From NCBI GenBank assembly GCA_964234715.1, contig OZ174275.1: DNA of 64,000 bases; one strand, written 5' to 3'. The first letter of the stretch is position 1, and each line of letters starts with the position of its first letter. The position numbers and the translations under genes are program-made. This DNA is from Podarcis melisellensis (Eukaryota). The notes under the pieces were generated by a model that was not told the origin of the DNA, ran no database searches, and worked only from the letters and a program-made list of their open reading frames with translations. Shown here piece by piece: positions 37,263 through 49,968 of this stretch.

Positions 37263-38194
37263 AAACACAGCATTTCCTAAGAAACTGAAGAACAGATAGC
37301 AGGATACATATGAATTGTGACTACCATCGCATGTACAAACCCCAACCGGCAGTGGTAGCACGCTGGATGCAGAGTAAATGTGTGTGTGTGTGTGTACACT
37401 GCCTTTGTTTGGATAATAATAGTATTGTTGTGCCTAAGCCCCAGCTCTTGACTCCTGGTTTGTGATTCTTGGCTTCTGACTCCTGGCTCCCATTCACCAC
37501 CCAGCACCGCCGGTAATTAAGGTTGTCAGCTGATTAACACTTTAGCTTTCAGCCAATTAAATAGCTTGTTAACTGACTAATATAGATGTTGCAATATATC
37601 AATAAAGGTGATATTTTGAGTATATTTCAATTAAGAGTTCTCTTGACCAAACCGCACACTAGAACGAATGATTCCCTGGCAAATCATTTTGTGCACACCG
37701 CCTGAATCATACTACTGCACCTAAATTGTCTACAAGGATGCAGTCAGAGCTGATTTGAAAATTCTCATTGTGAAACTTGCAATTAATGATTTAGTAGGCG
37801 AGAATGTGCATGTTTTGACCAGCTTGGAAGTGAGTCTCTCTTTCCCCCCTTTATTCTATCCATGGGTTGGATTTGAATCACTTATCAGCAAGCAGGTAGA
37901 TGATCAGGCATAAAAGACAGTTTTATGCAAAGTCAGGCCATTGGAGCTTGCAGGGCAATGTTGTCTACTAACAGTTGTGAGCATGCCATACATTTAAAAT
38001 ACATTCCTCCCCTACCAAAAAGCTACAGTTCCCAGCACTCTTAACAAACGACAGTTCTCGGGATTCTTTGGTAGCGATGCTTTCAATTAGGGCCGGATTT
38101 AGGTTTGATGAGGCCCTAAGCTACTGAAGGTAATGGGGCCCTTTATATGCCCAGCTGTCCAGTTTGTCAACAACAAATTGTCGCTGTTTTTTGT

Positions 38195-38467
38195 CAAAAC
38201 AAAAAAAAATTCCTTCCAGTAGCACCTTAAAGACCAACTAAGTTAGTTCTTGGTATGAGCTTTCGTGTGCATGCACACTTCTTCAGATACACTTTTTTCC
38301 TTCCAGTAGCACCTTAAAGACCAACTAAGTTAGTTCTTGGTATGAGCTTTCGTGTGCATGCACACGAAAGCTCATACCAAGAACTAACTTAGTTGGTCTT
38401 TAAGGTGCTACTGGAAGGAATTTTTTTTGTTTTGACTATGGCAGACCAACACGGCTACCTATCTGTA
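38195..38467. mobile_element. Penelope-like fold-back insertion C (two tandem minus pLTR pieces plus one plus piece), nested in a hAT element
   Basis: Same pLTR; perfect 12-bp TSD GCTGTTTTTTGT (38183-38194 / 38468-38479); the host copy at 17450-17900 shows the empty site. Confidence 0.9.
38253..38290 (-). ncRNA. Minimal type I hammerhead ribozyme motif (intact core)
   Basis: Identical to 15204-15241. Confidence 0.8.
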
Positions 38468-38823
38468 GCTGTTTTTTGTGTTGAATATATGCTGTATGGT
38501 AATTTATGGACCTAATAGCTACCTAAAGCCACTTGCGCACAACAAAATATGTATTTTATCAAAGCAGTTGTTGAACTGAAATACAATTAAGAAGAAGTAT
38601 ATTAATAATGAAATAATTATTAAACTACATCATAGGAGCCTACACAACACAAAACACTGTTGCTGTATGTAGGTTTTATTTTATTTGTTTTTTATCTTAT
38701 ATTTGGATATGTACATCCAGGTTGTTGTTTTTCCTTTAAATTGTTTGGGGGCCCCCAAAAGAGTGGGGCCCTAAGCTATAGCTTGTTTAGCTTATACATA
38801 AATCTGGCACTGCTTTCAATGTA

Positions 38824-39032
38824 CAGTCATACCTCAGGTTACAGATGCTTCGGGTTGCACGATTTCAGGTTGCGCACCACGCCGAACCCGGAAGTACCAG
38901 AATGGGTTACTAAATCACGCTTTGTGCATGTGCAGAAGCGCTGAATTGCGACCCGTGCATGCGCAGATGCGGTGCTGCGGGTTGCTAACGTGCTTCCCGC
39001 ACGGATCACGTTCGCAACCCGAGCATCCACTG
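38824..39032. mobile_element. Tc1/mariner MITE, related family
   Basis: TA-CAGT...ACTG-TA ends with imperfect TIRs and CGGGTTGC/GCAACCCG subterminal motifs. Confidence 0.7.
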
Positions 39033-40499
39033 TATGATCTGAATGCAGCCAAAGTCTCAAGCAGCAGTTTTCTCCATGACTTGCAACTTGATGCCAGAGG
39101 TTGAACCTGGAGTGTTCTGGGTGCATAGCATGTGCGCTACCCCTGAGCTGTGCCCGCTTTCAAATATGTGTCCCTGCACATGCTCAGAAAAATACCTTGT
39201 TGTTATTTGAATTAAGCCTTGGCGCTGAGATTGGTCTCCGAAACTAAAATGTGGCTCAAGGAAAGCCTTGAGCCATAATGACCTAACTGACTGGTGTTTT
39301 CGAGCTGACTGCTAATATGGCTGTAGAGCCTGATATGATTCTGGAAACATCCGAGAGAATTCGATAAAAGCAAAATGTTGCCTTTCATTGCATAAAATGG
39401 CCAGGGGCAGGGTTCTGTGAGATGCTCGCCACGCTGCATGCCAAGAATACTGCACCAAAATTTCAGCTTTTCTAAGGGAGGCGTTTCCAGCTACAGTAGG
39501 GGGAGCTGGATAATTTATAGGTTAACATTTTCTTTTTATGCGAATAGCATTTTTTCTCATTTATAGTTAATTAGGTTAAGCATGCATGGGGAGCGAGGGA
39601 GGAAAGGCTTTCAGATAGGATCTAAATGATTAGTAATTTGAATAAAGTAAAAGAAACCTCGAAAAGATGTAGCTCTTGCATATATTAAATATGTGCTGTA
39701 ACTAGCATGGGCATCAGATAGGAATTTTAAAAGACTCCATGTTAATTACAATGCTCACATAAGATACATGGCACATTTTTTATTTTATTTTGCTCATTCA
39801 TTGTTATTTTTTAAATGCTAGGAATAATTAGACTTCGTTCGAACAGGGGAGGTTATTTCTCTATATGTCTTTGGGTGATACCTTTCTCATATATTTCCAG
39901 TCCCAAGAATGTTATTGATATGCACAAGATAACTTCATGCGGTAGGGTGTTGGGGGCAGGGTGGGATCACGTTGAGATTTTAAATGGGTTTTTCACCCAG
40001 ATCCACCCTGAATGGTGCCAGCTTGGGGCTGGTTTCATATGTTTGCTAAGTAATCTATGGAGGGATGCATTCGGACTGTGTACACACATTTTATTCTAGA
40101 ATCAATGGAGACTGAAGCACTTAATTTTTCTAAGTAGTCCACTCACAACCTAGATCTGTTGCATATTTTTTGCCCCTGAAAATGGCTTCTTGTTCGGTGC
40201 TATTTTTCTAGAAAAAGAGGTCCATTGGCCTGATCCTGCAGGCTCTTCTTATGGACACTCAATGCATATCGATTCTGCATTACCTCACAGTGTGGCCATT
40301 TGGAAATAGATGAAGGAGCTCTTGTCAATGGGGAGTGAATGCATTGGGGAGCATAAACCAAGATCGCAAAGCCACTTCCTTGTTCGAACACCTCGGGCAT
40401 CTGCAGGGAGGAAAAGACGTGGATAATCTAACTGAAGGGAGGGTATTCCAGCATGGATCAAAGAACAACAGCCACTCTTGGGGACACCAGGATCTAGAC

Positions 40500-40753
40500 C
40501 AGGGGTCAGCAAACTTTTTCAGCAGGGGGCCGGTCCACTGTCCCTCAGACTTTGTGGGGGGCCGGACTATATTTTTGGGGGACAGGGAAATGAATGAATT
40601 CCTATGCCCCACAAATAACCCAGAGATGCATTTTAAATAAAAGGACACATCCTACTCATGTAAAAACACGCTGATTCCCGGACCGTTCGCGGCCCGGATT
40701 GAGAAGGCGATTGCGCCAGATTCGGCCCCTGGGCCTTAGTTTGCCTACCCATG
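40500..40753. mobile_element. hAT-Charlie-like MITE
   Basis: Ends CAGGGGTCAGCAAACT / AGTTTGCCTACCCATG; flanks ATCTAGAC / TTCTATAA resemble an NTCTAGAN target. Confidence 0.75.
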
Positions 40754-41611
40754 TTCTATAATCAATCTAGATTGAAAGCAGCATATTGAGGAGGAGCGCG
40801 GAGGGAAAAAATCATTTTTATACAATCTTCACAATCTTCTGACATCCCCAAAGATTACTCTCTACTCCTCACCTTTGTTGCCCCTTCTTGTCACAGTCCA
40901 CATATTTCTGCACCTTACATTACCCACTCCACCTGCTCTGCACCCCAGCATTGTTAAACCTTATTTTTCTCTATCCCTCCTCCATCTTCCTGCAGTCCAT
41001 CTATCCTCCTCCCCAACCCAATTCCTCACCAGGTTTGCCAGTAGCAACACACAAGGCTTTCACCCTCCATGCAGTTCATGTTGAAAGGGAACTTCAATCC
41101 CAGACTCAAAATTCAGGTGTGCGGCCATGTCTGCAGTGCAAGAGATTAAAGAGGCTTCACATCTGCATTTTGAACCATTGTTCTCTGAATTTCTCTTTGT
41201 ACAATAAGGCCAAAACGCACTGGATCTATTAGCCTTTCCTTCTTGCCTACCCCATTGGGTTTTTGTTTTTTGGCTGTGGCTTCCAGTCACCCTGTAAAAG
41301 TACCAGCACCCATTAAGCACCTAGCTAGCACTTTTGCTTTCAGGTGGCTTTTGAAAGCGCATCTTTTTAAGGCAGCTTTCTCTTGCAAAGGGTGACTCAG
41401 CCCTTTTATACTACGCTCTGTGGACTTTTGCAATTTTATCCTTTTTAAGGTCTGCTTTTTAAATTGCTGTGTACATTTTATTTTTTGCTGCATATGTTGC
41501 CTTTCCGATATAAAACCTTGCCTTAAAAATAGAACTTATTTTTAAAAGGGGGCAAAGGGAGGTGTCATCTGCAAGTGAATGCCAGCATCTTAAACATGTA
41601 AGAAGGAAAGA

Positions 41612-41613
41612 CT

Positions 41614-41673
<60 letters not shown>
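41612..41673. repeat. (CTTT)n microsatellite; another at ~61223-61285
   Basis: Seen directly. Confidence 0.95.
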
Positions 41674-42582
41674 AGTTGCATGGACAGTTGAGAAAACTAG
41701 ATATTATTCAGCAATTTGCAAGCAGCTTGCAGACACCAATGGGGCAGGGTCATTGCCTGTCTATCTCTCCCTTGCCGCCCCTTTCTTCCCTTCCCTTCTT
41801 CCTTTGGGCAGGTGGTCTAGTGGAACAGCAGCTGATCTCTCTCTCCTCTCCCCACCTCCCGCAATCTTTTTTTCAAATTTAATTTTAATTGAATGCACTG
41901 CTAGGGATGCCTTAAATTGACTCTTTTGGTTTAAATTTCCTAGGGGAGCTTGCCCCAAGATCTCTATCCTAGTGATAACTTATTCTGGCCAATGCATTCA
42001 GTCCACATTTATTGTATAGCTTTCTCTCTCCCCCCAACCCCCCCTCCCTCCTCGGCACCTTCTATGAACATTGCAGTTGTTGATGCCTGGGAAATTACTC
42101 AAGTGTGAAGTGTTTCAGTGTCTGTCACTTTCCTCATTAGGCTAGCAGGGCGGTCGGAGGGGGGAGGGGAAGGGAAAGAAAGAGAAAGAGAAGGAAATAT
42201 ACCTATGACCCTGCCTTCATATGCTCATTAAAGCTGAGCGGTGCTGTGGGCCTATTGCCTCTTTTAAAAGATGTCTGCATAAAAAATGTTTATTTACCGG
42301 AAGGTGCAGAATAGCTTCTGTGTCGCAAAGGCAGCCTCTGCTTATTGCATCCCAAAATAATGCTGTTTGTTTGCATTGCCTGACTCACGTAATTATCTCG
42401 GGCAGAGAAGCTTTGTGGGAGGATAACAGGGACACAGGCAGAAGTGCAGCCCCTTTTCTTAGCCTAAGCTGATCCAAACTTAGATATTGGCAGTAACAAG
42501 TTGCTACCCAGCTGTAGATGGGATGGAGGTGGACATTAGCCTGATGGGGGCTGCTAGGGTGGCCAATTGACTCACAGCAGTA

Positions 42583-43458
42583 CATGGAGGCGCAGGTCAG
42601 TTCTGTGTCCAGGGCTTACCAGCTCCATCTGGTACGCAGGCTGAGACCCTATCTGCCCGTGGACTGTTTCGCCAGAGTGGTGCATGTTCTAGTTACCTCT
42701 TGCTTGGACTACTGCAATGCGCTCTACGTGGGGCTACCTTTGAAGGTGACCCGGAAACTACAACTAATCCAGAATGCGGCAGCTATACTGGTGACTGGGA
42801 GCGGCTGCCGAGACCATATAACACCAGTTTTGAAAGACCTACACTGGCTCCCAGTACGTTTTCAAGCACAATTTAAAGTATTGGTTCTGACCTTCAAAGC
42901 CCTAAACAGCCTCAGTCCAGTAAACCTCCATCGTTCTGCCCGGACACTGAGGTCCAGTGCCGAGGGCCTTCTGGCGGTTCCCTCGCTATGAGAAGCCAAG
43001 TTACAGGGAACCAGGCAGAGGGCCTTCTCAGTAATGGCACCTGCCCTGTGGAACGCCTTCCCACCAGATGTCAAAGATAAAAATAACTACCAAACTTTTA
43101 GAAGACACCTGAAGGCAGCCCTGCTTGGATAGTTTCTATCCAAGAGCTGTGGCCTTTTTGAATGCGGTAACTCGATAGTGTGACCTGGGAGTTTGATGGG
43201 TGTGGGTGTGGGTGTGGCTGGAATGTGGTTTGTTTGGTTGTTGTTGTTGTTTTGCTTTTGTTGTTTTTAAGGGATGGCATCCAATTTCGTTGCACTTGTG
43301 CAATGTTGCACTTGTGCAATGACAATAAAGAATCTATCTATCTATCTATCTTAGGGAAGCTTTTAATGTTTAATAGGTTACTGTATTTTAGTGTTTTGTT
43401 GGAAGCCGCCCAGAGTGGCTGGGGAAACCCAGCCAGATGGATGGGGTATAAATAATAA

Positions 43459-43504
<46 letters not shown>
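42583..43504 (+). mobile_element. L2-clade LINE 3' fragment with (ATT)n tail (interrupted at 43124-43350)
   Basis: ORF 42584-42991 encodes LDYCNALYVGLP...LQLIQNAAA...HITPVLKDLHWLPV, the typical L2/CR1-group ORF2 C-terminus. Confidence 0.9.
43124..43350 (+). mobile_element. Rex1/Babar-like LINE 3' end inserted in the L2 tail
   Basis: Ends CAATTTCGTTG...GCAATGACAATAAAG then (TCTA)n; absent from the sister L2 copy at ~36750. Confidence 0.6.
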
Positions 43505-43506
<2 letters not shown>

Positions 43507-46500
43507 ACAATAGCAAAGTTATGGGAGTTGAGATCTGTGCCTTGTGTGAGAATTAAGGTCTATCCTTCAAAACTCTGTGCCAGCCAAGCAACAGTGTTGA
43601 TCCTTGAGAAGCAAAGGGGGGGGGTTTCCCACTGGGGCTGTGAGCTAACTAACCACCCTTTGACTCTAACTTCTATGGAGAGGAGAGGCTTCCTTTGTGA
43701 GCAAATAATACAACACCCGTGACCTGTTGTTTGTTCCTTCTTAGTGTACTGTTGTGTTTTATGAGCTGTGTCTGAAGTGAAGAGCACATGGCGTCAACTT
43801 TGGGAAGACCATAGCTTTATCTTGACAGTTCCTGAATCATGAATTGCCATTAAAAGAGATTGCTGTTGTCGAATTGACACCTGCTTACAGGAAGTTGATA
43901 ACCAGGTCTTCCTGGCAAACACAGAGTGCTCTGATCTTTTTTGGAACTATGGGGTTTTTCCAGGTCATGTATAAGATAGGAGCTTGTACCAGGGTCACAG
44001 GTAGCGCATGAGGAGTATATTTTATATTAAACTTATGCTATCTGCAGATGGCATGATCCATAGAAATAAGCCATGTAAAAAGTTCAGATTAGTACCCATT
44101 GTTACAAATGTCAATGGTCATCTGTATTTAGCCACAGAAGTCTACAAGCACAATGATGCTATATTCCATTCTCTGTGTCACACACCCAGGGCTAAGGATG
44201 CTTTGTGGTCCCTGGAGATGTATGAGCATATACACACTCAGTGGCGGATTTAAGGCAGTGAGGACAGGTCCTCCTCACAGGGTGCCAAGCTGAGGGGGTG
44301 CAAAAAAGTAGCAATTAAAAAGTTTAAATTTAAAACCTATATTTACATGGGTACCTACTGAGAAGATCCATTGGAAAGGCAACTGTGACAAAATGAATTA
44401 TTGTCAAAATAGGAATTATTTAGGGGAGGCACCAAATTTTGTCCTCGCTCAGGGCATCATATTACCCAAGTCTGCCTGGCACACCAACCATACAACCATC
44501 TGAAAATCTCAGTGGCAGAGTGCATGTTTTGCATTCAATCCCTGGCTACTCTGATTTAAAATGGATCTTAGGTAGCAGGAGTGGAAAAGTCCTTTGCCAG
44601 AAACCTGGGAGGCCTGTTGCCCATCAAGGGTGGTGGTCCTAGCCTGGACAGGCCAATGGTCTGACTCCGTAAAAGGCAGCTTCACGTGTTCCTGGTACTT
44701 TCCAGAACAATGAGTCGCCACACCACACAGCTTGAAAAGAACATTAATCCACAAGGATTGCTCTGCATACAGATGTGTGTGTGTGTGTGTGTGTGTGTGT
44801 ACACAAGAGCAAGACTGTGAGTGTATAGGTGTGCAATGCACATGAAAATGTGGTTTTAGTTTTTTAATGCACTTCTTTTTTATGTGTCTCCCTTTCCTAA
44901 TTTTTATTCATGAGAAGCGGGGAGGAGGAGTAACAGAGATTGCATAAGGCAGGCACTGAATCTTCATGAAAATGTGCAGGGCAATTTTTAGTTGCCACAT
45001 CTGACTTGCAGTGTTTATGATCCATTTTTGTTCTGCCACATAAACGTTCCCTCATTAGCATTTGTGTGCAGAGCACTGGAGATAGAACGTGGCTGATTAG
45101 GTTCAAAGCAGATGTGTTTCCCCTAGAGAGGAGAGGATGATAAATCTTATGGCTCTTTCTGTTATTTAAAGTTGATATTAGATCCAAAATTAAATTGGAG
45201 AATCAGATACTTGACTTGTTCTGCATACACTCTGTCTAATCCTTTCTACATATGATTCTTCTAATTATCTGCATTTACACATTCAAAGGCAATTAGCCCT
45301 GAAATTGCTAGAAGGGCAGAGAAAGAAGTGCCTTTCTCTAAGAAGTGTGAAGAACCTGCTCTCTCTCAGCTGAAGCTGGAATTTAATAAACTGAAGTCTA
45401 ACGCACAGCAAAATGGTGCATAAGACTGTCGCTGGGTGCCTGAGTAGACCTCTATGCATCTGGGTGTCTTGGCAACATTAGAAAAATGCTTGAATAATGT
45501 GTATTGCCAGGAGTTCACAACACGAGCCCTGTTTCTCTGAGATCTTGCTAAAGTATGGTATACAAGTAACAGCCAGCATGCAGACTCTGCTGTCGTTGTT
45601 TCTCATGGTGACACTTCTGCATGTATAAGAACACAGGATGAGCCCTGACGGATGAGGCCAGAGGCCCATCTAGTCTAGCATCCTGTGACCAACCAGATGC
45701 CTATGGAAAGCCCTGAGCACAAACATCATTCTCCCCACTTGTGATTCCCAGCAACCAGTGGAGGTAGGGCAGTGGAGGCAGACCATAGCCACCCATGGCT
45801 AGTGGCCATTGATAGGACTATCCTCCATGCATTTGTTCACTCCTCTTTCTGAGCCATCCAAATTGGTGCCCATCATTGCATCTTGTGGGACCAAGATGTG
45901 AGCAGAGGTATCAGGAGATTTTCTCAGTAACACTGCCAACTTCCAATCAAAGACTTAAACAAATGACTTGCTGCTCAGAGTCAGCTACCATGGGGAGCAC
46001 ATGGTAGGTGTTTCAATGAAAATGCTACACATACACATTGGCTGTCATACCTGGAAGCAGGCAATGCTGGTGGGCAACGATTGCAGATGACTCTCAAAAC
46101 TGACAGGCAATGGCCGATGAATGAAATCTCTATCACATAACCAAACTCTGCCTGAATTCATTGTCCTTCAGAAGTCAAAAGGCTAAGGACTACAAAACTG
46201 GAGTCAGGGTTGCAACCTCAGTGTCTAAGCTGGCCATTGAGTTTCAAGGTTTGTTTTGTTAGTCTAAATAAAATCCAGCCTAGTCTGGATTGTCTATTGT
46301 TTCAACATTTGTCAGGAACCTTCTGTCGTTATAAGCCCAACCTTTTAACATCCAAAACCAAAGTTCCAGAATGGTGATCTGGAACTCTAAGAGAATGGTT
46401 CCTAAATGAAAAGAATGGGTTTATAGCATAGTGACATTACTAATGAAAAATATTGCATTCCCTCCCTTTATTATCAATCCACAGTAAGTAGCGATATGTC

Positions 46501-47039
46501 TGGGCTACTGAAAGGCTCCCGAGAGGTAGAACAATCTTCTTATTTGAGTGTCTCAAAGACATCAATCCCGGATTATAATAGTGGCTCTTTTTTTCAGCAT
46601 GAGCTTGCCCGCTTCCAGACTACTATGGGTTTTTCTGGTTATTCTAGGGATAATTTCTCTGCAATCTAGAATTTTACATCAAACATTCAGTTGACACTTC
46701 TGTTCTTCCATTGTGAAGAAAGACCTTGTTTTGGTGAATCCCCCCACTTGAGTAGTGCATATCCAAATAAAACTATTATAGTCAAAGCTCACTTTATTGG
46801 CTTCTCAAAGAGTCACAAACAGGAATACAATGTTAGAAAACCTACACAGAATTGTATCTTATGTTGAAAACTTTCAATAAAACTATTTTTAAAAAAAGAA
46901 AGAAAGAAAAGAAAACCTGCACAGAATTTAGTAAGGTGTGACTTCTATATGGATAAGGAATCCAATTTTTGGAAGCTACGTATGTAAGTAGCCAACAATA
47001 ACAAGCAACAAACTGACAAATGTATGTTTATGGTAATAC

Positions 47040-47540
47040 TAACAGCAAATCAGATTTGTAGGTCTTTGACATTGCAATTCATTTTTGAAGTCACATCTGG
47101 ACCATTCCAAGAATGTCCTAGTATGTCTGTTTCTTCTAATATACCGGTATTCATTTTTCTTTTTGAAACAGAAAATAGGCTTGGTAACATATGAAACCCA
47201 AGCAGTGCCTTCCACAATTATGAAAGCAAATAATATTAACAGCAAAGCATAAAGACATTCTATAAAACATGTCTTGAACCGGGGTCCAACTAATGTGTAT
47301 ATAACCTGCTTTATAGAACCATAGCTTTAGTAGACTAAGTGCTTAATTGTTATTGATTGGCTCTGCCCACTGTTCCAATATCCATCATTATTGAAATCAT
47401 CTCCATTCCCCTCATTAAGTATGCATCTGTTTCCATGGGAATGGATTTCTAAATAAGAAGTGCCATTTAAATCTTATTGGCTTCCCTGGTTGTACAGGCA
47501 CTCTGCAGTGTGGTTGCCCAATCTGTCATTGTTAATCAAC
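47040..47540 (-). mobile_element. Degenerate L1-like LINE fragment abutting an assembly gap
   Basis: Composition and H..W.C-like remnant; weak evidence. Confidence 0.3.
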
Positions 47541-47740
47541 NNNNNNNNNNNNNNNNNNNNNNNNNNNNNNNNNNNNNNNNNNNNNNNNNNNNNNNNNNNN
47601 NNNNNNNNNNNNNNNNNNNNNNNNNNNNNNNNNNNNNNNNNNNNNNNNNNNNNNNNNNNNNNNNNNNNNNNNNNNNNNNNNNNNNNNNNNNNNNNNNNNN
47701 NNNNNNNNNNNNNNNNNNNNNNNNNNNNNNNNNNNNNNNN
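47541..47740. other. Assembly gap (200 N)
   Basis: Run of N. Confidence 1.
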
Positions 47741-48469
47741 CAGTCGCACTCAGCAAGGAAGGGGGGAAAGCCTTCCTCCCCCTCCCCATTTTCCCCCCCT
47801 TTGCAAATACCTGGGTGGAATCGCCTTAATTTTAAGTTAGCTGGAGGAAACCATTCTGTGCTATTCTTTGTGCTCATGGTGGCATTGTAAGAAGAGCTCT
47901 GATTCTACCCTCCAATATTTTCAGTGGCAGGAAAGTTGAAAATAGCTTGCACTCCGAGGAAATGTACAAACTGGAAAAGAGACCAGCAAAAGTCAATGAG
48001 ACTTTGGTTTCATTATCATGCCATGTGGCTGGTCTTGGCATTTACCATTAGGTTAACCTGGGACTTCATATACAGACTCTTGGGTCCTGGCTTATTCCAT
48101 CAAAGGCCCTGGGGCAGCCTGTTTTTGGAGTTTGTTAACCATTTGTGTTACAGATTCAAGGCTGAATAAAATGTTCTCCATTAACACCAGGCTTGTTGCC
48201 GACGTAAAAATGAAAACAGCATTCAGTAGATGGCTCCTGGTCACTACTCCCAAATTGCATATGGCACTTTTTTTCAGCCGTTCCTTCTCCTTTGCTTATT
48301 TTATTTCTTCCCACTGGAAGCTAAACAGAATTACCAGCTGCCCTTTGCAATCCCAGATGTCGCTATCTGTTAGCCAATTAGAACGGTGCTATATTCTATA
48401 GCTTCCCTTCCTCTCCCCTCCCTCCAAGCCACAAACTGAATAATAGCATCATGCTTCACTGGCAGCCAA

Positions 48470-48601
48470 NNNNNNNNNNNNNNNNNNNNNNNNNNNNNNN
48501 NNNNNNNNNNNNNNNNNNNNNNNNNNNNNNNNNNNNNNNNNNNNNNNNNNNNNNNNNNNNNNNNNNNNNNNNNNNNNNNNNNNNNNNNNNNNNNNNNNNN
48601 N
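48470..48601. other. Assembly gap (132 N)
   Basis: Run of N. Confidence 1.
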
Positions 48602-49968
48602 TTAACAAATGTACTGTGAGTTAATTCGGTAGTGTTTTCTATAAAGTTCTCAGCTGAATGTTCACTTTTCTTTTCTTTCTTTTTTAACTTTCCTCCCATG
48701 CCTAATATTTATTTTTAAGCATTTATTTGAGGAAGCCACACCATCAGCTCAAAGGCTTAAGGCCACAATCCCTGGCAGCAGAACTATGGTGCAGGGTGCG
48801 CATTGTGTTGTAAAGTGCTGGAAAACATGCCACTTAACTCCAGAACCAAATGTGACGTAAGTGGTTTCTGAATTAAAGGCCAACAAAAGCCTTTACTTAC
48901 ACATCACCCCTTCCCTTAAAAAGAAGAAGTACATCACCAACACCAAAACAAGATTTGCAAAAAATGTACATTTGCTAACTTACTAAATGCAAATGCTAAA
49001 TGCAAATGTAGAAAGCATGACTACAACTGAAATCAAAATGTAGGGCGGGATTCAGTGAATGCATCATATAAGTGGAAACGTGATAGAAGTGTGATGTTGA
49101 ATTCCTCCCATGGAATGTATCTCATCTCGGCAGAGAAGTTACCAGGAGACAGGTAGACCTAACAGGGAAGAACTCTGTGCCAGGGCCCCATGCAGAAAGT
49201 GCAGGGTCCCAAAACAGGACAGGATTTACTTACCACGCTTTGAAGAAAGTGAAGTAACTATAGCACACATCACCTTCTAAAGACAGTGTCAAAAGTTCTC
49301 TAACAACGTCTCTGGTTGATCCTGCCTTGGTCTATTTCAACCTTTTAGAGATATAGACACAGACCTTTTAAATTATTTATTTTACAAATCCATTCATTTT
49401 ACAAGCTGACAAACCACAAACAAGATAAAAATGAGATAAGAGACCCATAACAACAACAACAATAATAATAATTCTTAAAACCAACAAAACCATTTATTTA
49501 GATGTACAATTAATATTCCACAAAGGCCTGGGTCACACATCAGGGAAAGCCTTCTTGGAACCAAAAAACATCTTCAGCAGGTGCCTGAACATCACAATAC
49601 AACACCAGCTTATTCCACTAGCTAGGCCTCAGGAGTCTGAGGACTGGTGTGGTGAAAGCCAAGGTTTGTATGTTTCACCTTCCCCTATTTAGCAAAGCTT
49701 GTCTTTATGTTGGGGAAAACTCTGCTGCCTGTTGGGGAGATGATTAGAGTCAAGGATACACTTTTAAAACATTGTCATTGCACATCTAGGTGCATTGGAG
49801 TTCTCCAGGATCCAGCCCCTTTTGTCTGGGTCTCTAGAAAATAAATCTCTGTGTAAGGGTTGGGGGCATCGCTTGACTCTCGCACACAGGCATGAAAATG
49901 CACACACCAAATCCTAATGTCCCATTCTGTTTACAGCTGCTCATGTCTAACTACATAGAAGGGAAATA

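Larger units (their letters stand above)
38088..38812. mobile_element. Non-autonomous hAT DNA transposon (interrupted by Penelope insertion C)
   Basis: TIRs TAGGGCCGGATTTA / TAAATCTGGCACTG; perfect 8-bp TSD CTTTCAAT (38080-38087 / 38813-38820). Confidence 0.85.

Noticed and set aside
47460-48699. ORFs with long X runs
   Set aside because: Artefacts of translating assembly gaps.
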